Source: an uncultured Candidatus Rokubacteria bacterium | GTDB taxonomy: Bacteria; Methylomirabilota; Methylomirabilia; Rokubacteriales; DASRDR01 | Direction of reading: 5' to 3' | Assembly: GCA_963708025.1 (NCBI GenBank) | Contig: CAVPSB010000016.1 | Coordinates: 403,296 to 467,295 of the forward strand | Length of the DNA: 64,000 nucleotides | In this document: positions 31,036 through 39,998 of the stretch, piece by piece | How positions within the stretch are numbered: position 1 is the stretch's first letter | Layout: each line of letters starts with the position of its first letter | Position numbers and translations under genes: made by a program | The notes under the pieces: model-generated | The model's input: the letters and a program-made list of their open reading frames with translations, nothing else | Database searches by the model: none | What the model was told of the DNA's origin: nothing

Positions 31036-31623
31036 ATGGCGATGGTAACCCAGCTCGCGACGCGCCAGTTCGCCGTCCGGGAGTACCAGCGGATGATCGA
31101 TGCTGGCGTCCTCACGGAGGACGAGCGTCTGGAGCTTCTCGATGGACTCATCGTGCCCATGAGCCCCACGAGCCCCAGGCACGCGGCCCACGTCGCCCGT
31201 CTCGGTGAGCTGTTGCGCGGGCTCCTGGGAGGCCGCGCTCAGGTGCGCGAGGAGAAGGCCGTCGTGCTGGAACCGGCAAGCCAGCCGGAGCCGGACCTGG
31301 CGGTCGTCCGCCCCCGAGTCGATTTCTACGCCGAGTCTCATCCCGATCGCGCCGACGTCCTCTTCCTGATCGAGGTGGCGGATACCTCGCTCGAGCGCGA
31401 CCGCGGTGTGAAGCTCGGCATCTACGCGGCGGCCGGTATCCCGACCGTCTGGGTACTCGATCTCCCTGCCGATCGACTGTGGGTTGCGTCGGGGCCACGC
31501 GGCCGAGAGTATACCGGTCTCGTGGAGTTCCGGCGTTCGGACAGCTCCCGACTTCTGCCCATCCCGGGGGTTCAAGACCTTCATCTGGCAGTCGACGACG
31601 TCCTCGGCCCCCTCTCCCGGTAG
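31036..31623 (+). CDS. Uma2 (DUF820) family endonuclease-like protein
   Basis: EYQRM, ELLDG, H, PEPDLAVV, IEVADTSL..DR..K..IYA.AGIP; TATACT upstream. Confidence 0.9.
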   Translation: MAMVTQLATRQFAVREYQRMIDAGVLTEDERLELLDGLIVPMSPTSPRHAAHVARLGELLRGLLGGRAQVREEKAVVLEPASQPEPDLAVVRPRVDFYAESHPDRADVLFLIEVADTSLERDRGVKLGIYAAAGIPTVWVLDLPADRLWVASGPRGREYTGLVEFRRSDSSRLLPIPGVQDLHLAVDDVLGPLSR

Positions 31624-31788
31624 CCGAGGAGCTCGCGCCCGTGTCCCGGTCCTGAGCCCGCGCTGTCCGTCGGCCGGGGGGGGGACGGGAGCGAATCAGC
31701 CACCCCACCGACCGTCGGCTTCTCGCAACCCACTGGCTCCGGCCGCGCGGCCGGGAATCGGGGGGTCTTCCTAGACTTCCCGAAGACC
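31624..31788. repeat. Intergenic palindromic element related to 53627-53770
   Basis: TCGGGGGGTCTTCCTAGACTTCCCGAA versus TCGGGGGGGTCTTCCGAGACCCCCCCGAA; TGGCTCCGGCC shared with 16622. Confidence 0.55.
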
Positions 31789-32140
31789 TCAGCCCCCGGC
31801 GGCGGCCCCGGCCGGGCGGGGCTGGATGTCCGGCTCCACGAAGATCCACCTCGCGTCCGGACGGCGGGCCCGCAGCTTCGTCTCGAACCGGTTGATGGCC
31901 GCGGGGATCTCCTTGGCGGAGACGGCGGGAGCGAACTCGACCTTCATCGCCAGCAGGACCTCGCCCGGCCCCTGCTGGACGGTGATGATCCGCCACACCG
32001 CCTGCATGGCCGGCTCGCCGGTCACGATCTCCCGGACGGCCAGCTCCAGATCGGGCTCGGCCCGCTCGCCGACCAGGAGCGACTTGACCTCGACCGCCAG
32101 GAAGACGGCGACCACGATCAGCACCAGCCCGATGGCGATG
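31789..32140 (-). pseudogene. C-terminal fragment of a cation diffusion facilitator (CDF)
   Basis: IAIGLVLIVVAVFLAVEVKSLLVGE...TVQQGP...FVEPD. An upstream SD GGAGGAGG remains, but the start codon and N-terminal TM helices are missing. Confidence 0.75.
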
Positions 32141-32152
32141 CGCCTCCTCCGG

Positions 32153-32989
32153 CTACTTTGCCAGGGCTTTGCGCTTCCAGAGCTCCCACGGCCGGGCGAT
32201 CGTTCCCGCCACGGTCGCCTCGGTCTTGCGAGCCTCCTCCGCGTCGAGATACGTCACGGATCCGCCCAGCGCCAGGGCCTGCCCTTGCAGTCGGGCGTTG
32301 ATCTCGGTGTAGACGCTCCGGAACACCGCCAGCGGGAGCGAGGAGGCCACCACGACCGCGCCGTGCCCGCGCATCAGCGCGACGGGGCGGGCGCCCAGGG
32401 TCCCGGCCAGGGCCTGGCCGAGGGCCGGGTTGCGCACCAGCATGTCGGTCGCGCCCCCCGCCGCCTGCCGGATCTCGAAGACCGGGACTCCGTCGCCGAG
32501 GAACGCGCTCATGTGGTAGACGGGGCGGAGGGGTGTCCCGGTGATGCCGAAGGGGATCAGCGAGGGCGAGTGGTTGTGGACGATCGCCGTCACGTCCGGC
32601 CGCACCTTGTAGATCTCCCCGTGGATGAAGCGCTCGATGAACATCGCGCGCCCCTTGGGGTCCACCGGGTTGCCGTCCAGGTCGTACTCCATGAGGTCGG
32701 CGGCGACCACCAGCTCCGGGGCCAGTGACCGCGAGAGCAGGTACCGATTGGGGTCCCGATCGTGCCGGGCGCTGACGTGGCCGTAGCCGTCGACGACGCC
32801 CTGGTCGGCCAGGATGCGGTTGGCGGCCACGAGGTCCTCGATGAGCTGAGGCGCCGCAGGCCCCGCCGACGGCGGCGCCGTCTGGGCCGCCACCCGGCGC
32901 CCCGCCAGGGCGCCGCCGAGGAGAATCCCGCAGCCGAGCGCGAACTGCCGCCGGGTGAACCGCTCGCGACCTCTCGAGCCCTCTCGCAT
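32153..32989 (-). CDS. Class II aldolase/adducin family protein with Tat-like signal
   Basis: FTRRQF signal; GHVSAR, ERFIHGEIY, VHNHS, LMRGHG. Confidence 0.9.
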   Translation of the reverse strand: MREGSRGRERFTRRQFALGCGILLGGALAGRRVAAQTAPPSAGPAAPQLIEDLVAANRILADQGVVDGYGHVSARHDRDPNRYLLSRSLAPELVVAADLMEYDLDGNPVDPKGRAMFIERFIHGEIYKVRPDVTAIVHNHSPSLIPFGITGTPLRPVYHMSAFLGDGVPVFEIRQAAGGATDMLVRNPALGQALAGTLGARPVALMRGHGAVVVASSLPLAVFRSVYTEINARLQGQALALGGSVTYLDAEEARKTEATVAGTIARPWELWKRKALAK

Positions 32990-33159
32990 GGGTGCCACCT
33001 CCTCGCTGTTGTGCCGCCCATCATACAGCGGGGCCCGACCGGGCGAAAACCGGCGCCGGGACGGAGCCGGCGAGCGGCAATGGTATCCTGGCGACCGGCC
33101 GGCGTCCCTCCGGACTGGGAGGCCGCGGCCCATCCGTGAACCCCGCGCAGGAGGCCACC

Positions 33160-34104
33160 GTGGATCACGTCATGACCGTCACCGGGCCCGTGCCCGCCGA
33201 TCGGCTCGGGCTCACCCTGATGCACGAGCACATCTTCCTGGACCTCACCCGCGACGTGGCCGGGAAGATGAGCCTCCTGAACGACCCCGAGCTGGCCTAC
33301 CGGGAGCTGATGCGCTACAAGGACGCTGGCGGCGTGACGCTGGTCGACCAGACGACGGGCGGCCTCCGCGGTCACGACCACGACCTCCTGCCCGTCAAGC
33401 ACGCCCTGGCGGTCCGCGACGTGGCCAGGCGGACCGGGCTCCAGGTGGTGCTCGGCGCCGGCTGGTACCGTGAGCCGTACTACGACCGGCGGCTCTACCG
33501 GGCTCGGACCGCCCAGATCGCCGAGGAGTTGGTCCGCGACGTGACCGAAGGGATCGACGGCACCGACGTCCGGGCCGGCCTGCTCGGCGAGATCGGCGCC
33601 CACTTCACCTGGGTGTCGCCGGTCGAGGAGCGGGTGTTCCGGGCCGTCGCCCGGGCCCAGAAACGGACCGGGGTCTCCATCGCGACCCACGCGCTCCACT
33701 CGCCGGTGGGCCTCGACCAGCTCGACATCCTGGCCGAGGAGGGGGTGGACCTCCGCCGGGTGATCGTCGGTCACTGCCAGTCGTATCCGAGCCACGACTA
33801 CCACGCCGAGATCGCCCGCCGCGGCGCCTACGTCTCGTTCGACCGGCTCGGCGTTCCCAACGAGTACGAGCACGAGACGATGCTCCGCCTGATCCAGCGC
33901 ATGGTCCAGGCCGGCCTGACGCGCCACGTCCTGCTCTCCCAGGACGTCTGCTGGCGCTCGGACTACGTGGCGTACGGCGGCCGGGGCTACGCCTGGGTCG
34001 CGACCGGCCTCCGCGACGAGCTCTCCGCGCTCGGCGTCGCCGACGAGCAGTACCGCGCGATGACCGTCGAGAATCCCCGCCGCGCGCTCACCGGCGGCGG
34101 CTGA
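33160..34104 (+). CDS. Phosphotriesterase-related (PHP) amidohydrolase
   Basis: TVTGP, LMHEH, GEIG, ATH, GH, FD, LLSQD; SD AGGAGG. Confidence 0.92.
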   Translation: MDHVMTVTGPVPADRLGLTLMHEHIFLDLTRDVAGKMSLLNDPELAYRELMRYKDAGGVTLVDQTTGGLRGHDHDLLPVKHALAVRDVARRTGLQVVLGAGWYREPYYDRRLYRARTAQIAEELVRDVTEGIDGTDVRAGLLGEIGAHFTWVSPVEERVFRAVARAQKRTGVSIATHALHSPVGLDQLDILAEEGVDLRRVIVGHCQSYPSHDYHAEIARRGAYVSFDRLGVPNEYEHETMLRLIQRMVQAGLTRHVLLSQDVCWRSDYVAYGGRGYAWVATGLRDELSALGVADEQYRAMTVENPRRALTGGG

Positions 34105-34108
34105 GGCG

Positions 34109-35374
34109 ATGAGCAACTTCGAGCTGTCGGTCCTGTTCTTCCTGCAGATGGCGGTCATCCTGGCCGCCTGCCGGCTGGTGGGCGTCATCGCCCGGTACGT
34201 CGGCCAGCCGCCGGTGGTGAGCGAGATGATCGCCGGGGTGGTCCTGGGCCCGTCCCTCTTCGGCGCGGTGCTGCCGGGCGTCCACGGCCTCCTGTTCCCC
34301 CGCCCGTCGATGACCATCATCTTCGCCGTCGCCCAGCTCGGGCTCGCCGTGTACATGTTCCTGGTCGGCGTGGAGTTCCGGGCGGACCTGATCCGGCAGC
34401 GGGTCCGGAGCGCCGCCTCGGTCTCGGCGGCGGGGATCCTGGCCCCGTTCGCCCTCGGCAGCCTCATCGCGCTGCTCGTCCACGGCGACGGCGCGATGTT
34501 CACCGAGACGGTGGGGGTCGGCCAGGCGGTCCTGTACCTGGGCGCGGCCATGTCGATCACGGCGTTCCCCATGCTGGCCCGGATCATCCACGAGCGCGGC
34601 CTGGCCGGCACCGCGCTGGGCACGCTGGCCCTGGCGGCGGGGTCGATGGACGACGCGGCGGCGTGGTGCATGCTCGCCATCGTCCTGGCCAGCTTCGGCA
34701 GCGCGCCCATGGTCGCGGTGCTGGCGATCGGGGGCGGCGTCCTCTATACGCTGATGGTGCTGCTGGCCGTCCGGCCGGCGCTCGCCCCGCTGGCCCGGCG
34801 GGTGGAGCGCAGCCAGGCCATGAGCTCCCCGATGCTGAGCTTCGTGCTCATGCTGGCCATGCTCGGCTCCTGGTTCACCGATCGAATCGGGATCTACGCC
34901 GTGTTCGGGGCGTTCATCCTGGGGACGGCCATGCCCCGCGGGAAGTTCGCCGAGGAGCTGCAGCGGCTGATGATGCCGCTGACGACCAACCTGCTGCTGC
35001 CGCTCTTCTTCGTCTATTCCGGCCTGAACACGAAGATCGGGCTCGTGAACACGCCCTACCTGTGGGGCGTCGCCCTGGGGGTGCTGGCGGCGGCGTGTCT
35101 GGGCAAGGGCGTGGCGTGCTGGCTAGCCGCCCGCCTCCACGGCGAGCCGAGCGGCGAGGCGCTGGCCATCGGCGCGCTCATGAACGCCCGTGGGCTGATG
35201 GAGCTGATCATCCTCAACATCGGGTACGAGCGGGGGATCATCACCCAGACGCTGTTCTCGATCATGGTGCTGATGGCGGTCGTCACCACGCTGATGGCGA
35301 CGCCGATCTTCGAGGTGGTCTACGGGCGCCGCGGCCGGCTGCTGGGTACCGTGGGGGTGGTGCGGACGACGTAG
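34109..35374 (+). CDS. Cation:proton antiporter (CPA2, Kef-type)
   Basis: QPPVVSEMIAGVVLGPS, SITAFPMLARI, DDAAAW, MNARGLMEL. Confidence 0.92.
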   Translation: MSNFELSVLFFLQMAVILAACRLVGVIARYVGQPPVVSEMIAGVVLGPSLFGAVLPGVHGLLFPRPSMTIIFAVAQLGLAVYMFLVGVEFRADLIRQRVRSAASVSAAGILAPFALGSLIALLVHGDGAMFTETVGVGQAVLYLGAAMSITAFPMLARIIHERGLAGTALGTLALAAGSMDDAAAWCMLAIVLASFGSAPMVAVLAIGGGVLYTLMVLLAVRPALAPLARRVERSQAMSSPMLSFVLMLAMLGSWFTDRIGIYAVFGAFILGTAMPRGKFAEELQRLMMPLTTNLLLPLFFVYSGLNTKIGLVNTPYLWGVALGVLAAACLGKGVACWLAARLHGEPSGEALAIGALMNARGLMELIILNIGYERGIITQTLFSIMVLMAVVTTLMATPIFEVVYGRRGRLLGTVGVVRTT

Positions 35375-35497
35375 ACGACGGCGCCAGCCCTGATCGGGAC
35401 GGTCACCTGTCCCAATTGAGACAAGGCCCTGTTTCTTCGGGCTTTCCCCGGTGGCGGGTGTTATGTTCTTGCCACACGGATCAGAGGCCCGGCGCCC

Positions 35498-36226
35498 GTG
35501 AAGACCATCCTGCTCATCGAGAACGATCCCGCGATTCTCCGCCTCGAGCAGCAGGTGCTGCGCGACGCGGGCTATGCCGCGGACCCCGTGGGCGACGGCC
35601 AGCAGGCGCGGACGAAGCTGAAGGCCACCCCCTACCACGGGATCGTGCTGGACCTCACCGTGGCCGGCAGCGAGGGCTACACCCTGGCCGCGCAGATCGG
35701 CGGACTGGACGCCAACCGGCACACGCCCCTCATCATCCTCGGCTCGGACGAGCCCGACGGCCGGCGGCGAGCGTTCGACGCGGGGGCCATGGCCTTCCTT
35801 CCCAAGCCGTTCACCGCCGAAGCGTTCCGCGCCGTGATCCACAGCGTCATCAGCCCGACCGGGCCTCGAGCGCCCGCCGCCCCCGGCGTCGCGATCGGAC
35901 GGGCGTCCCGCCCGGTCGCGCCGGCCCCGCCGGCGGCCTCGCCGGCCGAGGCGGAGCTCGAGGCGGGGCCGGTGGACGGATCGATCCCGGTGAGCTTCCA
36001 GGGCGGACCGGTCTACTGGTGTCCGCCGAACGCCGAGGGCACGTGGCGTTGTGGCCGCTGCGAGCTCGGCGTCATCGGGGCGGCGGAGGTCGGGAGCAGC
36101 TGCGGCATCTGCCAGGCCGCAGTCGTGCAGTTCCGGGCAGGATCGGGATCGGGCATCGGGTGGCTGATCGTCTTCATCGCGCTCGGTCTGCTGATCGGGT
36201 GGGCGGTGCTCGAGTGGTGGTCGTAG
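35498..36226 (+). CDS. Receiver domain + Pro/Ala linker + CxxC..CxxC zinc-ribbon-like segment + C-terminal TM helix
   Basis: ILLIEND, VLDL, LPKPF; CGRC...CGIC; GWLIVFIALGLLIGWAVL. Confidence 0.8.
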   Translation: MKTILLIENDPAILRLEQQVLRDAGYAADPVGDGQQARTKLKATPYHGIVLDLTVAGSEGYTLAAQIGGLDANRHTPLIILGSDEPDGRRRAFDAGAMAFLPKPFTAEAFRAVIHSVISPTGPRAPAAPGVAIGRASRPVAPAPPAASPAEAELEAGPVDGSIPVSFQGGPVYWCPPNAEGTWRCGRCELGVIGAAEVGSSCGICQAAVVQFRAGSGSGIGWLIVFIALGLLIGWAVLEWWS

Positions 36227-36359
36227 CTCGCCGGAGACGGTAACGGCGGGGAGGCCACCGCCCCTGCCCGCCCGGGCCCCCTTCCAGGCTCGGCAGGCCT
36301 GGGCCTCCGGCCGCGCGGAGACGACGACGCTTCCCGGAGGTCGACCCGCTGGCGGGTCC

Positions 36360-38237
36360 TCAGTCCCTGAACCTGCGGGCCAGTCGCTCGAGCCCGTCCA
36401 CGACGTCCTGCCGTTCCCGGAGGAGGAGCTGAAAGTGCTTCTCCTGCTCGCGCAGCGCTTGCATTGCCGCCTCGTGCTCCTGCAACAGGGTCGTGTACTG
36501 CGACTGTAGCCGTGTCAGCGTTTCTTCGATCTCTGCTTGTCGCATGGATGTCTCCTGTCGCGTCAGCAGGCCGTCCCCGCGCCTCTGCCGCGCCTGGCCG
36601 CTTTCCGGCCCCGCATCGATCACTGCTGCGGCCTGCGCCGGGCCCGGGCCGACCTCCCTCTGATAGGAGAAGATCGCCTCCCGGATCTCAGCGTGCGTCG
36701 CCGTCACCACCTCGATGGCGCATCCGGTTCGCTCGTGCAGGTCCGCGATGACGTCGACATCGGTGGGGTCGTCCATGACGACCGTCAGCCCCGCCGCCGT
36801 CGCCCCGATCGGAAGGACGCGATGTCGCTCCGCGAACTCGACTGGGACCAGAACGGCGAGCTTCGGGTCGATCAACGTTCGGTCCAGCTCGACGAATCCG
36901 ATCCGGAGCTGCTTGCACAGCGCTTCTCTGAGCGTTCGCTCAGACAGATAGTCCATGTGGATCAGGACCTCACCGAGCCGGAGCCCGCTCGCTTGCTGCT
37001 CTCGGACCGCGTCCTGTAGCTGTTCCTCCGTGATGACATTCGTCTCGACCAGCAGGTCCCCGATCCGATACTTCCTCTTGTGTCCTTCGAGGAGGTCGTT
37101 GAACTGACGGCGGATCACCCGCTGCCGATCGAGCGGGAGGTGCCCCAAGGGCGTGCCGGGCTTCTCCTGAGCCTGCGCCTGGAAAGCCGCCTGAAGCCGA
37201 CCTTCGGACACGAATCTTTCACCGAGAGCGAGCTCGTCGACCGGGCGATGCGGCCGGCCATCGGTGCTTCCCGGGCCGTCGCGCTCCAGGTCGTGGACGG
37301 CTGTCCGGGCGCCGTTCGGCGCGACGATCGCGAGTCGGCCCCCAATCGCCAGATCGGAGGTCGCCGACGCGCGACGGCCACTCCCGATCGCCGCATCCCG
37401 GAGCGCCGACCAGAACTCCCCCGCGGAGTGGAAAGGGGCGCCGCCGCGCCGGAGGGACGCCCTCAGCACCGCTTCCACCTCACGCGGCACATCGAGTCGC
37501 CGTTCGGCCGCGAGTGTCAGCCAGGGTTCGCCCGACAGCATCGCGTACGCCGCCAGACCCAGCGAATGGACGTCCGCCCAGGATGACCCGTGCTCCACAA
37601 GCCTCGCCCGCCCAGCCAGCCGGCGTGCACGCGAGCCCGCCGCCACCGCCGCGGACGTCGGCAGCCCGAAATCCCTCACTCGGACCCGCAGCGCACCAGC
37701 CGGGTCCCGGGCCGGGAAGATCGAATCGAGGGCGATCGACCGATTGCGCACGCCGAACTGCTGCCCGATGTGCAGGACCCTGGAACACTGGCCGACGATG
37801 TCGATCACCGTCGCCAGCGCCAGCGGACCATGGACCAGAAGCCGGCTGGCCACGCTGGGTCCGTCCAGCCACTCCGTCACCACGTACAGGCGGCCGTCGG
37901 CCGCCTGCTCGCATTCGTACACCGGCGCGATGTTGGGATGACGGATCAGCGCAATGGTCGCGATCTCACGGCGGAGACGCGCCGAGCTCCCACCCTGACC
38001 AGCCAGGGCGGGCGACAGGACCCGGATCAGCACGCGCCGCCGCTCCATGTCGAGCTGCTCGGCCAGCAGGGCGGTGCTCAACCCATCCGAGCCGAGCTCG
38101 GCGATGGGTCGGTACTCCCCGGCCAGGATCTTCACCAGGCTCACCCCGATGCCACCCATGCCGTTCGAGCGAGACTGATGCCCGTTGGCGACGATGCTGC
38201 CCCTCCCTCGGACGTCACGGTCGTCCGGTCTCAACAT
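36360..38237 (-). CDS. Ser/Thr pseudokinase - tandem MshEN - coiled-coil fusion
   Basis: Kinase scaffold (HPNI, YVVTEWLDG, DFG, DVHSLG) with VAIK->VLIR and HRDLKPxN->NRSIALDS; RIGDLLVETNVITEEQL, RLGEVL, VMDDP. Confidence 0.85.
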   Translation of the reverse strand: MLRPDDRDVRGRGSIVANGHQSRSNGMGGIGVSLVKILAGEYRPIAELGSDGLSTALLAEQLDMERRRVLIRVLSPALAGQGGSSARLRREIATIALIRHPNIAPVYECEQAADGRLYVVTEWLDGPSVASRLLVHGPLALATVIDIVGQCSRVLHIGQQFGVRNRSIALDSIFPARDPAGALRVRVRDFGLPTSAAVAAGSRARRLAGRARLVEHGSSWADVHSLGLAAYAMLSGEPWLTLAAERRLDVPREVEAVLRASLRRGGAPFHSAGEFWSALRDAAIGSGRRASATSDLAIGGRLAIVAPNGARTAVHDLERDGPGSTDGRPHRPVDELALGERFVSEGRLQAAFQAQAQEKPGTPLGHLPLDRQRVIRRQFNDLLEGHKRKYRIGDLLVETNVITEEQLQDAVREQQASGLRLGEVLIHMDYLSERTLREALCKQLRIGFVELDRTLIDPKLAVLVPVEFAERHRVLPIGATAAGLTVVMDDPTDVDVIADLHERTGCAIEVVTATHAEIREAIFSYQREVGPGPAQAAAVIDAGPESGQARQRRGDGLLTRQETSMRQAEIEETLTRLQSQYTTLLQEHEAAMQALREQEKHFQLLLRERQDVVDGLERLARRFRD

Positions 38238-38581
38238 CCGAGGGCCCTTTGCACCGTCGCGCGCAACGTGTCCAGGGAGACCGGCTTCTCGAGCCGCGCG
38301 ACGATGTTCGGTCTCGACACCAGGTCATCCGGCAGGTCGGAGAGAAACCCCGACAGCACGACTACGGGAATCTGGCGGGAATGCGCCAGGAACTGGATCC
38401 CTGACATGCGCGGCATCCGCAGATCGAGGATGATCACGTGGGGGTACACCTGCTTCGCCAGCTCGAGGGCCTCCACCCCGTCCCGAGCGGCAACCACGGC
38501 GTAGCCGGCATCGGTGAGGACACGCACCAGGAGTCGCCGGATGGCCTTGTCGTCGTCGGCCACGAGGATCCAGTGGCGCAC
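38231..38581 (-). CDS. Single-domain response regulator receiver
   Basis: ILVADDD, IILDLRMPRMSG, VLSG, LEKP. Confidence 0.88.
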   Translation of the reverse strand: MRHWILVADDDKAIRRLLVRVLTDAGYAVVAARDGVEALELAKQVYPHVIILDLRMPRMSGIQFLAHSRQIPVVVLSGFLSDLPDDLVSRPNIVARLEKPVSLDTLRATVQRALGC

Positions 38582-38782
38582 CTTGTCGCCTTCAGGCCCA
38601 TCGACTCCGCCGTCCTGGGCACCCTTCCTCCCTGGCTGATCTCGCCGGGTCCTGTCCCCGAGCCTCAGTCGGGCCGCCTCCACTGGTCTTCGCCTCATCA
38701 GTCCCCACGATTCGCGCCCGCACCCGTCGTGGCCGCCAGCGCGAACCGCAGCTTTCGTCGTCGTGGCAATCCACCACGTTAT

Positions 38783-38798
38783 GGCAAGCCGGGTGCCA
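38783..38798 (-). promoter_or_regulatory. Sigma54 (-24/-12) promoter
   Basis: Minus strand TGGCACCCGGCTTGCC matches TGGCAC-N5-TTGC. Confidence 0.7.
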
Positions 38799-39000
38799 GT
38801 CTACGGCTCGGCCGAGATAGGTTGACCTGGCGGTGAGTTAGCCAGAACGGAGCCAGCCGAGAGCCGTGGCGACCGGTAAGGTATGGACCGGCGCCGCTCA
38901 GCTCCGCGCCGGTTTGCCGGTTTACCGGGTCGCGGGTGGAAGCCGGTTCGCGGACGTTGCCGGACAGTTCGAGACGAAAGTGGCCCGAGAAGTGCCGATG

Positions 39001-39372
39001 CTACGACTTGAGTCGTCGCAGGAGGGCTTCCAGCTCCCCGGCGGCGAATTCGCGATCCTGCCGAAGACCCTCATGGCCTTCGCGAAGTTCCCGATGGGCC
39101 TGGAGGAGGGTCTCATGCTCGTGCTGGAGGGCTTGGTACTGAGTCCGTAGAGCTGCGAGGGTCCGTCCACTCTCCTCGGATTCCCGGCGCAACCGCTCGA
39201 AGCTTTCCTGAAGCTCGAGGAGCTCTCGCTCTTGCCGCTCCGAACGCTCGCGCAGCTCGTCGTTCGCCTTGGTCAGCCCATCGAACTGCTTGACGAAGGC
39301 ATCCCAGTCAGCGACGACCGATCTGAAGACTTCAACGATCTGTGTGAGGCTCTTCGGACTCGTCTCGCCCAT
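39001..39372 (-). CDS. Coiled-coil protein
   Basis: SD GAGGGAGG; heptad Glu/Arg/Leu-rich; C-terminus resembles the tail of 36360-38237. Confidence 0.75.
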   Translation of the reverse strand: MGETSPKSLTQIVEVFRSVVADWDAFVKQFDGLTKANDELRERSERQERELLELQESFERLRRESEESGRTLAALRTQYQALQHEHETLLQAHRELREGHEGLRQDREFAAGELEALLRRLKS

Positions 39373-39486
39373 GCCCGATCCTCCCTCGCGGATGGCCATA
39401 CGGGGGCCCTTCTTGTACCCTTCTACGCCCTCCAACCCTGCAATGTGGCCGCGTCTCCAGACACTCTGGCCGACCGATCCTCGCCT

Positions 39487-39945
39487 TCAGGCCGGGGTCG
39501 GCAAGATGCCCTCCGGTGAGCCGGAAGGGGCTGACCGAAGGTCACCGGATCTCGGTGACAGTGCGGCAGCGACGGCCTCCAGCAAGTTGCGTGTGCGAAT
39601 CGGCTTAGGCAGGCGGGCCACGATGTTGAGCCCGTCACCGACGCGGAGATCCCCGTCGAGGAAGCCGGAGATGATGAGGACGGGAATTCGTTTCAGCATC
39701 GCGGAACCACGCAGCTCCTTGAGAATGTCCTCGCCCGAGAGCCCGGGCATGCGGAGGTCGAGGATCATCAGGTCGGGGATGATCGCCTGCATGAGACCGA
39801 GAGCCTCCAGACCATTGTCGGCCGACAGCACCCGGTATCCGGCCCGGGTCAGCTCTTCAACCCAGAGTTCGCGAACCGCCGGATCGTCATCGGCTACGAG
39901 GATCCACTTCCGCGACCCGGCACCGACGTTCATTTCCGCTGACAA
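39487..39945 (-). CDS. Single-domain response regulator receiver
   Basis: ILVADDD, MILDLRMPGLSG, IISG, LPKP; paralog of 38231-38581 (shared SGFL, NIVARL.KP). Confidence 0.88.
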   Translation of the reverse strand: MSAEMNVGAGSRKWILVADDDPAVRELWVEELTRAGYRVLSADNGLEALGLMQAIIPDLMILDLRMPGLSGEDILKELRGSAMLKRIPVLIISGFLDGDLRVGDGLNIVARLPKPIRTRNLLEAVAAALSPRSGDLRSAPSGSPEGILPTPA

Positions 39946-39998
39946 GGCTTACCCGCCTCCTGGAGAAGAGATGTTCTCTTTCAGAGCCGGTCGCCTCA

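Noticed and set aside
31036-31623. Uma2 protein as a novel defence nuclease
   Set aside because: A common multi-copy family with no partner genes here.
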